From assembly GCA_022842645.1 (NCBI GenBank), contig JALHPE010000001.1:329462-393461 (forward strand): DNA of 64,000 nucleotides. Direction: 5' to 3'. How positions within the stretch are numbered: position 1 is the stretch's first letter; the number at the start of each line of letters is the position of its first letter. A program made the translations under genes and the position numbers. Under the pieces are notes generated by a model. The model was not told where the DNA came from. It searched no databases and worked only from the letters and a program-made list of their open reading frames with translations. Source of the stretch: Minisyncoccota bacterium (lineage in GTDB: Bacteria; Patescibacteriota; Minisyncoccia; Phycocordibacterales; UBA2100). Shown here in pieces: positions 27,000-36,349 of this stretch.

Positions 27000-28244
27000 C
27001 TATGAATGCATCTTCCGCAATTCTTCACGTACCACCTGTGCATCACTCCATGGCATAGCACTTCCGCGCGCGCCTTGTATAGTTGGATCGGTTCCTTTGC
27101 CGGTCACAATAACGCAATCACCTGAGCGCGCGAGAGAAAGTGCGCGTGCAATGGCCGAGCGGCGATCCATGATGATTTCGGGAGTTTTTTTCTCAATACC
27201 GCGTGCGAGTGTATCAATGATGCCGCGCGGATCTTCGTCGTACGGATCCTCGTTGGTGAGGATAATCGTATCGCAATACGTTTCAGCAACGCTTCCCATG
27301 ACAGGACGTTTCCACATATCTCGCCCACCCCCCGTCGAACCAAGTACACAAATTTTTCGTCGCTCAGGATATGCTTCATAGATCGCGCGCAGCGAATCGG
27401 GCGTATGAGCATAATCAACAACAGCAGTAAACGATTGTCCTTCGTCAATCTCTTCGGCACGCCCTGGAATGCGCTTGAGACTTGCAATGCCGCGCGCGAT
27501 TGTGTGCTCTCGAATACCGAATGCACGCGCAAACGTTGCAGCCGCAAGTGCGTTTATAAGTGAAAACGTACCTGGTAGCGCAACACTGATGCGTGTTTCC
27601 CCCAAGGTAAAAAATCCATCATGTTCTCGTGCCTCATACGGCGTGGCACCGAGAAGGGAAAATGGAATCGGGTATTCAATCGGTAGTGAGAGATACCTAC
27701 CGCTTTGTGTGTCATCGGCGTTTGCCACCATGTACCGTGGACGTTTCGATGAGCGCGTGAGTTGTCGGCCAATTTCAAACTTGGCATCAGCGTATGCCTG
27801 AAGCGACCCGTGCGACTCTATGTGTTCGGGGGCAAGATTAATGAATAGAAGTGCGTCGAGTGCGAGGAATCTGTGTCGAAATTGGCGCGCGCCTTCGGAG
27901 GTGAGCTCGATAAATACAATACCGCATCCTGCTCGCACCGCATCAGCAATAAAGTTTTGTACAAAAAAACGCCCCGGAATGGTCATTCTCTTTGTGTTTG
28001 GTTCACTGTCGGTATCTATCTTAAATCTAATACTACTTGAAAGCGCCGTTTTCCAGCCAGCTGTTTCAAAAATAGCATTTAGATATTCAATAGTGGACGA
28101 TTTTCCTTTTGTGCCGGTTACTCCTACGACGACAATATGACGCGAGGGAAACCTACAAAAAAACGCCGCAAGAAATGCAAGTACAAAATGATAGGCAGAG
28201 AGAATCGGTGCAGGAAGTACGGAAGCGACTTTTTTCTTTAACAT
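27000..28244 (-). CDS. Mur ligase family protein (MurE-like middle and C-terminal domains)
   Basis: P-loop VVGVTGTKGKSST, DYAHTPDSL (MurE-type) and a C-terminal ICVLGSTGGGRD Mur-ligase motif. At 414 aa it lacks the usual N-terminal domain. Confidence 0.7.
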   Translation of the reverse strand: MLKKKVASVLPAPILSAYHFVLAFLAAFFCRFPSRHIVVVGVTGTKGKSSTIEYLNAIFETAGWKTALSSSIRFKIDTDSEPNTKRMTIPGRFFVQNFIADAVRAGCGIVFIELTSEGARQFRHRFLALDALLFINLAPEHIESHGSLQAYADAKFEIGRQLTRSSKRPRYMVANADDTQSGRYLSLPIEYPIPFSLLGATPYEAREHDGFFTLGETRISVALPGTFSLINALAAATFARAFGIREHTIARGIASLKRIPGRAEEIDEGQSFTAVVDYAHTPDSLRAIYEAYPERRKICVLGSTGGGRDMWKRPVMGSVAETYCDTIILTNEDPYDEDPRGIIDTLARGIEKKTPEIIMDRRSAIARALSLARSGDCVIVTGKGTDPTIQGARGSAMPWSDAQVVREELRKMHS

Positions 28245-28245
28245 A

Positions 28246-28815
28246 CTAGCGGCCGAGGAGTTTCAGTGCGGCGCGTAAGCGCTCGCTACTTGTTGCAATG
28301 GATGCAGGAACTTTCCGCAGCGTATCGCGCGCTTCGGCGTGCGAGTAACCAAGGGAGCGCATGGCTTCAAGCGCTTCTTCGTCTCCGCGCATGGCACCGT
28401 GCGCCTCTTCGGATCCCGCGCCCACTTTGTCGCGCAGTTCGATCACTATTTTTTCTGCCGTTTTGCGGCCAATTCCGGAAACCTTGGTGAGATACTCCGC
28501 CTCACCCTTTGCAATTGCGGTCCGCAGAGTTTCAGTTGAGGCGATGTCTAGAATGGCGAGTGCTGAGCGGGGGCCGACGCCGGAAACGGTGAGAAGCATC
28601 TCGAAGAATCGAAGTTCTTCCTCAAGGGCGAATCCAAAAAGAGAGAATGCATCTTCGCGTACGTGCGTGTGTATCCAGAGCCCAGCGGACTCTCCTCCCC
28701 GAAGGGAAAGCAAGAGCTGTTTTGTGCATGAGAGCTCATAGCCAACCCCCCCGACAAGGAGGATGAGGTGAGCCGCTCGCGTGCCTTTTACGACGCCTTC
28801 AAGGTAGCCGATCAT
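28246..28815 (-). CDS. ruvA: Holliday junction DNA helicase subunit RuvA
   Basis: MIGYLEGVVK … LFGF … ERELFEML-like LRFFEMLLTVSGVGPRSALAIL helix-hairpin-helix motifs. Confidence 0.9.
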   Translation of the reverse strand: MIGYLEGVVKGTRAAHLILLVGGVGYELSCTKQLLLSLRGGESAGLWIHTHVREDAFSLFGFALEEELRFFEMLLTVSGVGPRSALAILDIASTETLRTAIAKGEAEYLTKVSGIGRKTAEKIVIELRDKVGAGSEEAHGAMRGDEEALEAMRSLGYSHAEARDTLRKVPASIATSSERLRAALKLLGR

Positions 28816-28905
28816 AGGGGAAGTATACCGTATGCCGTATTCGGTATACCGGGGGAATGCCGCAGAAACCCTTGTTTTTTGAGGGGAATAATGTAGTATC
28901 GCCGA

Positions 28906-29145
28906 ATGGCAAAAACAAAGTCTGCTAAGAAAGCATATCGCGTCGAGCTCCGCCGCCGCGTATTTAACGCGCGCCGCGCAAAGGCAATGAAAGACGGCGT
29001 GAAGGCAGTGGTAAAGTCACAGGATGCAAAAGATCTTCCTGCGGCGCAGAAAGCGATTGATAAGGCAGTGAAGCGCGGGCTCATCAAGAAGAACACCGCG
29101 GCCCGCATGAAGTCGCGCCTCGCGAAGAAGGTGGCGGCAAAGTAG
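28906..29145 (+). CDS. rpsT: 30S ribosomal protein S20
   Basis: MAKTKSAKKAYRVELRRRVFNARRAKAMK… is near-consensus S20. Confidence 0.9.
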   Translation: MAKTKSAKKAYRVELRRRVFNARRAKAMKDGVKAVVKSQDAKDLPAAQKAIDKAVKRGLIKKNTAARMKSRLAKKVAAK

Positions 29146-29168
29146 GTTTTCAAGTATTCTGAGCGCAC

Positions 29169-29240
29169 GCTCTCGTCGTTCAACGGATAGGACACATCCT
29201 TGCGGAGGATGTAATGTAGGTTCGATTCCTGCCGAGAGCA
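29169..29240 (+). tRNA. tRNA-Arg (anticodon GCG)
   Basis: Acceptor GCTCTCG/CGAGAGC, D-arm GTTC-AACGGATA-GGAC, anticodon stem CATCC/GGATG with loop TTGCGGA, T-arm GTAGG-TTCGATT-CCTGC, discriminator A. Confidence 0.75.
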
Positions 29241-29405
29241 ATTGAAGCGGAGCAAAATTGCTCCGGAGGACAGTGCCTTCGCACTGTCCGTCAGGAATCG
29301 AAAGGCGGAGCGTTACCGAGCCACTAGGCGAGGTCGCGAGCCGGGGTCGCGAAATTTCTGAGTGACGACGAAGAAATATTTGTGACCGATTCCTGCCGAG
29401 AGCAC
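29241..29405 (+). other. conserved tRNA 3'-trailer element (family member 2 of 4), ending in a direct copy of the tRNA-Arg 3' end
   Basis: Hairpins GGAGCAAAATTGCTCC and GGACAGTGCCTTCGCACTGTCC. CAGGAATCGAA is antisense to the tRNA T-loop TTCGATTCCTG. Motifs GGCGGAGCG, GAGCCGGGGTCGCG and ATATTTGTGAC. The terminal GACCGATTCCTGCCGAGAGCA duplicates tRNA positions 29221-29240. Confidence 0.5.
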
Positions 29406-29467
29406 AAACTATTTTCTTTCCCCACGCTCGCATTGCAGAGAGGGGTAGAAGGTCGCATCATAAGGAC

Positions 29468-31582
29468 ATGTCATTTCCCGCACATTCGCGCGGAGCTTCG
29501 CTCTTTGGAGTTTTGATGTTGGTGGGGATTTTGAGTTCGGTGGCGGTTGGATTGGAATCAAGTTACGCGTCTGTTAATAGCAGTGCACTTTTGGCCCAGG
29601 GAGCTATGGTTAGTCCTCGAGGCGCACCTTCTGGGATTGGCTCATCGCAGTTGAGTAGAGGGTTCGCAACCCTCGAAATGGGGGTGAATAGTGGTGTGTA
29701 TGGCATTAAATATGATAGTGACGCTTTCAAAAATCTTACCTGTGGCGTGGGGAACGATTTCATTGCAAAACTTGATCGGGTTGAAGACCAGAATCCTTCC
29801 GCGATTTATTACTCTGACAGTAAAGGAAATCCAACATCAATAAAAGCACAGTGCGTGTACAGTCCTCGAGGTGGCCAATTTTCCGGGAGGTCAGAGTGGG
29901 GAGCCACCATACCATCTCGATCTTGTGGTGCTAACGGCGCAAATCCATGGAGATGTTACGTAAAAGTCTGTTGGCCGTCGAGTAAGACAGGTGGCGGCGA
30001 AGTGTGTCGTGTCGGCAAAAGTCCACTTGATGTTGGACAGTCCGTATCAGAGGGTGTTGATTCAAATCAGAGAGGTGTTGCGCAGGGGCGCGCCGAGACG
30101 ATACTAAACGATCCGACATTAAATCCTGAAGAAAAAAAAGCCGCGCTCGAAAGCATTAAGACCCCATTAGATCAGGGGCAACAAAATGCATTACTCCAGT
30201 CGTTTCAAGCAGAAAAAAAACAAGTTGAAACTGAATTGATTGCGAGTAAAAAAGAAGAACAAGAACTAAGATCTCTCGCTGAAGGGTGCGATGGTTTCGG
30301 GGTTGTAAGTTGTGATGTTTATACCGAAGGCGCGGATCGCGCAAAGCAGAAAAACGAAGAATTGCAGGAAAAACTTGAAGCACTTTCGCAGGCTGAAAAA
30401 TTTTTCCTTTCTCCAGCTGATTCCCCAAAAGATGTAAATGAAAAGAAAAAGGAGTCGCAACCAGAAGTGCCCCGTAATGAACACGATCAAACTTTCATTA
30501 TTTACCGCGAGCGGCCGAGTGATCCATATAGAGATTTTTTTGGCAAAAACGCAAACCAAGATGAAGATCGGTATTTATGTGAAAGATATAACGACCGCGA
30601 TGCATGCATGCGTATTTCGACTGGAGGTTATGGGAGTGCAGGAGCTCGTGGCGGCTACCCAGGAGGCGGGCAATCATCACGTTGCGGAGGACAGCAGCCG
30701 AATTTTGGGGGCGGACTCGGGGGAATTATCACAGGTGTCATCTCACTATTTAGTAGGAATAATAACAGTGGAGACTGCACCGCTGACGGTGTTCCTAAGC
30801 CACGATGTACACTCACCGCGAGTCCCAAAAATATTTCGAAGCCTGGAGAACAGGTTACGCTCTCGTGGCAATCAGATGATGCTTTTGCCGCAACGCTTTC
30901 GAACCGTGGCAGTGTTGGCGTAAATGGCAGTGAGGTTGTGCAGCCGCAACAAACCACCACCTACATGCTTTCTCTTCAGGGATATAAGAATACGCAAACA
31001 GGTCAGGTGCTCTCGGGGCAATGTTCGACACAGGTGACTGTGGGAGGTACAACAACGCCGACCGGCAACGATCCAAAGGCGCAGATTTCATGTTCGCCAC
31101 AAAGTGCGGATGTTGGTATGTCGGTCGCGGTCTCGTTCTCGTGCCTCAACTCGAACACAAGTTCTGGTTCGGGATTTTCGACTAACAATCAACTGAGTGG
31201 TTCCGCGACGCCGGTGGTGACTGCTCCTACGATTGGTTCGAACTCGGTGACCTATGGAGTGACGTGCTCAAAAGAAGGCAAGACCGACAGCGCGCAGTGT
31301 ACAGTTGAGGTGAACAAAACTTCGATAGTACTCGTGGCAAATCCGAAGAATGTTGAGAGGCGCGAAGAATCAAACATTGGTTGGGTGACGGCCGGCATGC
31401 AATCGTGCACCATCTCATCACCACAGCTCTCCGACTTTACGAACAATAATACTGGAAATACCAGCACTTCAGGCGTTGTGCGCACGCCGCCACTCACTAA
31501 TGATGCGACATTCGTACTCACCTGTACCTCACGCTCGGGTGCGACAAAGACGGCCGAAACGAAAGTGGAAGTAGAAAACTAG
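29468..31582 (+). CDS. large secreted/surface protein (704 aa) with a coiled-coil segment and a Thr/Ser-rich beta-rich C-terminal half
   Basis: Signal peptide MSFPAHSRGASLFGVLMLVGILSSVAVG. An internal charged coiled-coil (…KKEEQELRSLAEG…KQKNEELQEKLEALSQAEK…). The C-terminal ~250 aa carry repeated …SCS…TVTV… beta-strand-like segments. Confidence 0.5.
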   Translation: MSFPAHSRGASLFGVLMLVGILSSVAVGLESSYASVNSSALLAQGAMVSPRGAPSGIGSSQLSRGFATLEMGVNSGVYGIKYDSDAFKNLTCGVGNDFIAKLDRVEDQNPSAIYYSDSKGNPTSIKAQCVYSPRGGQFSGRSEWGATIPSRSCGANGANPWRCYVKVCWPSSKTGGGEVCRVGKSPLDVGQSVSEGVDSNQRGVAQGRAETILNDPTLNPEEKKAALESIKTPLDQGQQNALLQSFQAEKKQVETELIASKKEEQELRSLAEGCDGFGVVSCDVYTEGADRAKQKNEELQEKLEALSQAEKFFLSPADSPKDVNEKKKESQPEVPRNEHDQTFIIYRERPSDPYRDFFGKNANQDEDRYLCERYNDRDACMRISTGGYGSAGARGGYPGGGQSSRCGGQQPNFGGGLGGIITGVISLFSRNNNSGDCTADGVPKPRCTLTASPKNISKPGEQVTLSWQSDDAFAATLSNRGSVGVNGSEVVQPQQTTTYMLSLQGYKNTQTGQVLSGQCSTQVTVGGTTTPTGNDPKAQISCSPQSADVGMSVAVSFSCLNSNTSSGSGFSTNNQLSGSATPVVTAPTIGSNSVTYGVTCSKEGKTDSAQCTVEVNKTSIVLVANPKNVERREESNIGWVTAGMQSCTISSPQLSDFTNNNTGNTSTSGVVRTPPLTNDATFVLTCTSRSGATKTAETKVEVEN

Positions 31583-31585
31583 TCG

Positions 31586-32179
31586 CTAAAAACCAAAGAT
31601 CTCAAGTATCTTATGTGCAAGTGGTTCCTGCATCGGCACTTCTTCCACGCGTTCGCGTAAGTAGGCGCGCACTTCGTCGGGATTAGTGTCGCCGAGCGGA
31701 ATGACAAGATTGGGCGCCATGAATGCGATGGTGTCGATGAGGAGGGTGGGTTCACCAACTTCGGTTTCAACCCAGAACGAAATAATATTCTCAAAGGGGT
31801 GAAGTGTGGGGCCGGTGCGAATGCCGCGCTCGGATATTTCAAATTCGTGAAGCTCCGGTGGGTGTTGCGCGATGAGGGCAATAGTCACTGCGGCGATGAT
31901 AATGACGAGTGCAAAGAGCACGTTGGAAAAAAGAATGCTTGTGAGTGCGGCGCAGACGGCAATAATGCCGAGCGCCCAAAACCAATCCGAGCCGCGCTCG
32001 ATGTGCTCGTGTTCAAATGCAGACCAACGCAAAGAAACCTGTGAGGCTTCAGAAAAAGGCGACCTGCGTTGTTGCGGAGCCTCTGCGTCATCTTCATCGT
32101 ATGCCCGATACGCCTCAGACGACGCTTTCTCCGCGCCTAGCATCTCATCCTTTTTCTGAAGCCTCACACCATCCGACAT
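31586..32179 (-). CDS. hypothetical membrane protein (acidic N-terminus, two TM helices)
   Basis: TM helices WFWALGIIAVCAALTSILFSNVLFALVIIIAAVTIALIA. No known motif. Confidence 0.4.
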   Translation of the reverse strand: MSDGVRLQKKDEMLGAEKASSEAYRAYDEDDAEAPQQRRSPFSEASQVSLRWSAFEHEHIERGSDWFWALGIIAVCAALTSILFSNVLFALVIIIAAVTIALIAQHPPELHEFEISERGIRTGPTLHPFENIISFWVETEVGEPTLLIDTIAFMAPNLVIPLGDTNPDEVRAYLRERVEEVPMQEPLAHKILEIFGF

Positions 32180-32237
32180 GGTGCTATTTTACTATGCTTT
32201 GCATGCACGAATCGGTGCAATGTGGTACAACAACCTC

Positions 32238-32322
32238 GGAAGGGTGGCTGAGAGGTCTAAAGCATCGCACTTGAAATGCGACGTGGGGCAACCCACCGTG
32301 GGTTCGAATCCCACCCCTTCCG
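32238..32322 (+). tRNA. tRNA-Ser (anticodon TGA), long variable arm
   Basis: Acceptor GGAAGGG/CCCTTCC, anticodon stem TCGCA/TGCGA with loop CTTGAAA, variable arm GTGGGGCAACCCACC, T-arm GTGGG-TTCGAAT-CCCAC, discriminator G. Confidence 0.85.
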
Positions 32323-32378
32323 CAAAGCGAACAGGATCACTTTTAAATCAAGTCTTCTTTTGTAATGTCCCCAAGTAG

Positions 32379-33002
32379 TTAGCGGAGTTCGAACCATCCA
32401 GACAATCCACTAACATTTGTGCAGAGAAGCGAGTATGTTGCACCACTCGGTACAATGAAAGAGCCTGTCATATTTGTGTTGCTACTGTAACCACTCGCTA
32501 TGCGTACATCCACACCATTGATTCTTGCAAGAATACCAGTTCCATGTCCGTTTACACTTATCGCTACTTGGATTGGTTTGCCGGTATTGTTTGTGTAATT
32601 TGTACCGCAAGTGTGCACCCCTGGTCGGCCAGGAGACAAATCAGACCAATTTTGATTTTCGCCAAGACCTGCGCTCGTTGTAACCGGCGGCGTCCAAGTA
32701 CCGTTATCATTCTTTATTTCTATGACGCCAGCGTTGTCGCGAACGCCGTAGCCCGCCGCTCCTGTCGTAGTCCCGAAATTTAAATAGCGGGATGCTCCGG
32801 ACAAAATGGTATTTCCAAACACCGCTAAAGCATTCACCCCAACCCCACCGTTTTTAACCTGATCAACCGATCCCACATTGAGTGGGGATGAGACGTTGTT
32901 ATTTGGGGGCGCGCCAGTCGGGCCGACCCACGCTATTGCAGTAATGGAGGCAAAAATCGTTCCAAGTATTCCGCCTATGAAGGCAAACATGAACGAGCGC
33001 AT
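32379..33002 (-). CDS. secreted/anchored hypothetical protein (Gly/Asn/Thr-rich)
   Basis: N-terminal hydrophobic segment FAFIGGILGTIFASITAIAWV followed by a G/N/T-rich beta-type sequence. Confidence 0.45.
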   Translation of the reverse strand: MRSFMFAFIGGILGTIFASITAIAWVGPTGAPPNNNVSSPLNVGSVDQVKNGGVGVNALAVFGNTILSGASRYLNFGTTTGAAGYGVRDNAGVIEIKNDNGTWTPPVTTSAGLGENQNWSDLSPGRPGVHTCGTNYTNNTGKPIQVAISVNGHGTGILARINGVDVRIASGYSSNTNMTGSFIVPSGATYSLLCTNVSGLSGWFELR

Positions 33003-33134
33003 ATCTTAGTATAAGTGGTTTTATGTATTGCTGACGCGGGTTTGGGGATACCGTAGGATGATGTACGGTATGCATACGCGCTTTATGTATCGTTGACTGC
33101 CGCTAACAGCTCTTCCAATCTACGTAGAACACTT

Positions 33135-33563
33135 ATGATTAAAATAATGATTTTCGGCACATTCGACATGATTCATAAGGGTCATGAGGATATGTTTCGG
33201 CAGGCGCGCTCTCTTGCGGACGAGTCACGCTTAATCGTTTCGGTTGCGCGAGATTCTGCCGCGAAGCGCCATCGTGGATTCGCACCACAGAATGTTGAGG
33301 AGAAACGGCGAGCCGCACTTGCAGCGCATCCGCTTGTTGATGAGGCGATTCTGGGTGACGAAGAAGGATATATTGCACACATCACTGCGGCGCAGCCAGA
33401 CATTATTGCGCTTGGGTACGATCAAGGTGGAGAATACGTTGAACGTTTAGAAGAAGAGCTAAAGGAAGCAGGTCTTACTCCCACGATTGTCCGTCTCAAG
33501 CCATTTCAGCCGGAGATTTATAAAACATCAAAGCTGCGAGACTCTGGTACACTCCCCTCATGA
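33135..33563 (+). CDS. cytidylyltransferase-fold nucleotidyltransferase, RibL-like (archaeal-type FAD synthetase / FMN adenylyltransferase-like)
   Basis: [12 protein letters not shown] (HxGH nucleotidyltransferase motif), then VSVARD and a [10 protein letters not shown] pattern closely resembling RibL. The upstream in-frame ATG at 33093 is also possible. Confidence 0.6.
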   Translation: MIKIMIFGTFDMIHKGHEDMFRQARSLADESRLIVSVARDSAAKRHRGFAPQNVEEKRRAALAAHPLVDEAILGDEEGYIAHITAAQPDIIALGYDQGGEYVERLEEELKEAGLTPTIVRLKPFQPEIYKTSKLRDSGTLPS

Positions 33564-33946
33564 GATATTTAGGAATTGATTATGGCGCGAAGCGCATAGG
33601 GCTTGCGATCTCAGATCCTGCTGCGCAGTTTGCGTTTCCGCACGAAACCATTCCGAACGACACAACCACACTCGATCGAATCCGACAGGTGATAAAGCGG
33701 GAAGAAATAGGAGGAATTATTATTGGCGATGCGCGCGCCTCGAATGGCGAAGTAAATCCTATTACACAAGAGGTTGAAACATTCACCGACTCACTCAAGG
33801 CGCTTCATGTGCCAGTTCATTCCGTTTCTGAGGCATGGAGTTCAGTTGAAGCAGCTCGTTTTGCGCCCAAAGGTAGTGAGCATAACGACGCCTCTGCTGC
33901 TGCTATCATTTTGCAGAGGTTTCTTGATGCACAGGTGGGCGGTTGA
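33560..33946 (+). CDS. ruvX: putative pre-16S rRNA nuclease / Holliday-junction-resolvase-like protein YqgF (RuvX)
   Basis: [19 protein letters not shown]…IGGIIIGDA…[16 protein letters not shown] is the RNase H-fold YqgF pattern. Confidence 0.8.
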   Translation: MRYLGIDYGAKRIGLAISDPAAQFAFPHETIPNDTTTLDRIRQVIKREEIGGIIIGDARASNGEVNPITQEVETFTDSLKALHVPVHSVSEAWSSVEAARFAPKGSEHNDASAAAIILQRFLDAQVGG

Positions 33947-33975
33947 TGGCGGCAGAATGCTGTTAGGATATACAT

Positions 33976-34869
33976 ATGAGCAACAGTCTCTCTCGTGTTT
34001 TTCTATACGTACTTCTTGTTTTCATGTGTATTCCTTTTCTCGTAGCCGCAGAGGGTGGTAGCGGTCAGTGTGATAGTCAGTACAACAGTTGCCTCAAGGC
34101 AAAGCGCTCAGGTTGTGAACAGCAGTGGCAATCGTGTATGTCGAAATGCAATGTTGGTGGTGGGGCGGTTGGTTCTTGCAATAAGGATCCCGAGTGTCAG
34201 CTCCATTGTACTGAATCTGCAACGTCACAGGGCGGGCGCATTAGCTGTTGCGAAGGTGGGCCGAAACATCAGAACTCATGTCCCAATAAAGTAGATGGTA
34301 ATTGCGAGCCGAAGAAAACAGAAGGTGGAGAAGGAGGAAAGCCACCTGAATTTCCCAAGCCGCCACAAGGTGGCGGTGGGGGAGGGGGAAGCCCTGCGGC
34401 AACTAGTACAGCGGAATGTGATGAGACGGCAACAACAACAAAAAATATGCCGTGTGTAAGAAGTACCAGTGGAGTCAGTGGTTATTTTAATAATATCTTT
34501 TCTACCGACAAAGGTAGCGTCACGGAAAATGTACAATCAACACTTTCTTCAGCCGCTGATAAGCTCTCATCGTTTTTGTTTGGTACGGACTCGGGCACAA
34601 AGGAGACTTCCGGCAGGGGTGCGGAAACTCCCGCGAACACAAACAATCCTGTCGTTCCGACGGGGGGCACACAGCTTACTCCGCAGGTGGTACAAGCAAC
34701 ACCGATTGGATCTAGGACGGACACAGGAGCGCCCTCTGCGGCGGTCACTGGTTTTGGAAATCAAAACACGCCCTCCACCGAACAATCAGGTGTCATGAAG
34801 GCGATTGGAGAAACTCTTAGCGGCATTGGGGTGACGCTCCGCAATCTTCTCTCTTCGTTCGCTTTCTGA
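33976..34869 (+). CDS. secreted Cys-rich / poly-Gly / Thr-Ser-rich protein (paralogue of 23592..24830)
   Basis: Signal peptide MSNSLSRVFLYVLLVFMCIPFLVAA, a Cys-rich module (CDSQYNSCLKAKRSGCEQQWQSCMSKCN…CQLHC…CCEGG…C), a GGGGGGGS run, and a T/S/G-rich tail. Confidence 0.5.
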   Translation: MSNSLSRVFLYVLLVFMCIPFLVAAEGGSGQCDSQYNSCLKAKRSGCEQQWQSCMSKCNVGGGAVGSCNKDPECQLHCTESATSQGGRISCCEGGPKHQNSCPNKVDGNCEPKKTEGGEGGKPPEFPKPPQGGGGGGGSPAATSTAECDETATTTKNMPCVRSTSGVSGYFNNIFSTDKGSVTENVQSTLSSAADKLSSFLFGTDSGTKETSGRGAETPANTNNPVVPTGGTQLTPQVVQATPIGSRTDTGAPSAAVTGFGNQNTPSTEQSGVMKAIGETLSGIGVTLRNLLSSFAF

Positions 34870-34881
34870 TAGAGTCGGGAG

Positions 34882-35214
34882 ATGGACACCATAACCTACG
34901 ACGATTTTGCGAAGCTTGATATTCGTATTGGGACGGTGCGTGCAGCAGAGCGTGTGCCAGAAACAGATAAGCTCATAAAGTGTACGATCGATTTTGGTGA
35001 ACTCGGCGAGCGCACGATTGTTTCTGGCATTGCGCTGTTTCGAAACCCCGAGGATCTTATTGGGAAGCAGTTGCCGTATATCGTGAATCTTGAGCCGCGA
35101 CTACTCAAGGGCATTGAAAGTCAAGGCATGTTACTCGCTGCTTCACCTGGAGGTGAAGGTCTCGCCCTTTTGCTTCCTGATACAGAGGTACCAAACGGTA
35201 CTCGCCTCAAGTAA
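34882..35214 (+). CDS. stand-alone tRNA-binding domain protein (CsaA/Trbp111-like, OB fold)
   Basis: …FAKLDIRIGTVRAAERVPETDKLIKCTIDFGE…RTIVSGI… matches the tRNA-binding domain found at the MetRS/PheT C-terminus and in CsaA. Confidence 0.75.
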   Translation: MDTITYDDFAKLDIRIGTVRAAERVPETDKLIKCTIDFGELGERTIVSGIALFRNPEDLIGKQLPYIVNLEPRLLKGIESQGMLLAASPGGEGLALLLPDTEVPNGTRLK

Positions 35215-35264
35215 TTTTGCTTTTTGTACGTTAGACCCTATACGAAATACGGTATACTTGCGGT

Positions 35265-36347
35265 ATGCAGTTCTCGCGCATGCTCGCGCGGTGGTTTCCC
35301 GTACCGCACATGATCGCACCACATGCGGCTGGTATTGATATTACTGACACCTCTATTAAATGGCTCTTATTTTCTGAAAGTCGCGAAGGTCTTCGTGTTG
35401 TCTCGTGGGGATCTGAACCCCTTACAGCAGGCATCGTTGAACGCGGTGCGGTTAAGGACACTGCGGCACTCGGAACAGCTCTTCGTACTCTCAGAAAAAA
35501 ACACGGTATACGCGCAGCACACGCTGCGCTTCCCGAAGAGGATGCCTACATCTTTAGTATGCACGTGCCCGCGCGAAGTACGCGCCATGAGATTATGAGC
35601 ATGGTTGAGTTTGAGCTTGAAGCACGCGTGCCCATTCCTGTTGCGCAGACCGTGTATGACTTTGATACGGTGTTTGCCCGAGATGACAGTGGGGAGGAAA
35701 TTGCCGTCTCTGCGTTTCCGCTCGATCTTGCAAATGGGTATGCACAAGCGTTTGAAATCTCAGGAATTGAGCTACTCTCGCTTGAGCTTGAGGCGCGTTC
35801 TGTAGGACGAGCAACATCCGCTCGTGGGCACGATGCAACAACACTCCTTGTTGATTGTGGGTATGCACGTACGGGGGTCGCTATCCTCAGAAATGGTATC
35901 CCGCTTTTTACTTCTACACTTGATATCGGCGGGCTCCATTTGAGTAAAGCGGTTATGGAAGCCCTTTCTATTTCAGAAGAAGAAGCGCGCACATTTAAGA
36001 ACGAACATGGGATCGTCGGTGCGCCCGATGATAAGGCGCGACTTGCGCTTGAGCGTGCGGCGCACGATCTCGCGAATGAAATCGTAAAACACTATCGTTT
36101 TTGGGATACGCGCAAAGACGAGCATGGCGGGCAGTCCGCTCCGGTGGAGCGAGTGCATCTACTTGGGGGGAGTGCCAACCTCAAAGGATTTCCCGAATAC
36201 ATTGCGAGTATGGTGCACGTGCCTACGGAGCGTCCGAATGTGTGGAAAAATACGTTTTCATTTGATGATGTTATTCCACCTATTGATCGACGCGCATCGC
36301 TGCAGTATGCAACTGCAATCGGCCTCGCGCTCCGGTCTGTCTCATAG
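35265..36347 (+). CDS. pilM: type IV pilus assembly protein PilM (actin-like ATPase fold)
   Basis: GIDITDTSIKWLLF N-terminal phosphate-1-like motif and a C-terminal LLGGSANLKGFPEYI. Followed by two single-TM genes in PilN/PilO positions. Confidence 0.65.
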   Translation: MQFSRMLARWFPVPHMIAPHAAGIDITDTSIKWLLFSESREGLRVVSWGSEPLTAGIVERGAVKDTAALGTALRTLRKKHGIRAAHAALPEEDAYIFSMHVPARSTRHEIMSMVEFELEARVPIPVAQTVYDFDTVFARDDSGEEIAVSAFPLDLANGYAQAFEISGIELLSLELEARSVGRATSARGHDATTLLVDCGYARTGVAILRNGIPLFTSTLDIGGLHLSKAVMEALSISEEEARTFKNEHGIVGAPDDKARLALERAAHDLANEIVKHYRFWDTRKDEHGGQSAPVERVHLLGGSANLKGFPEYIASMVHVPTERPNVWKNTFSFDDVIPPIDRRASLQYATAIGLALRSVS

Positions 36348-36349
36348 GT

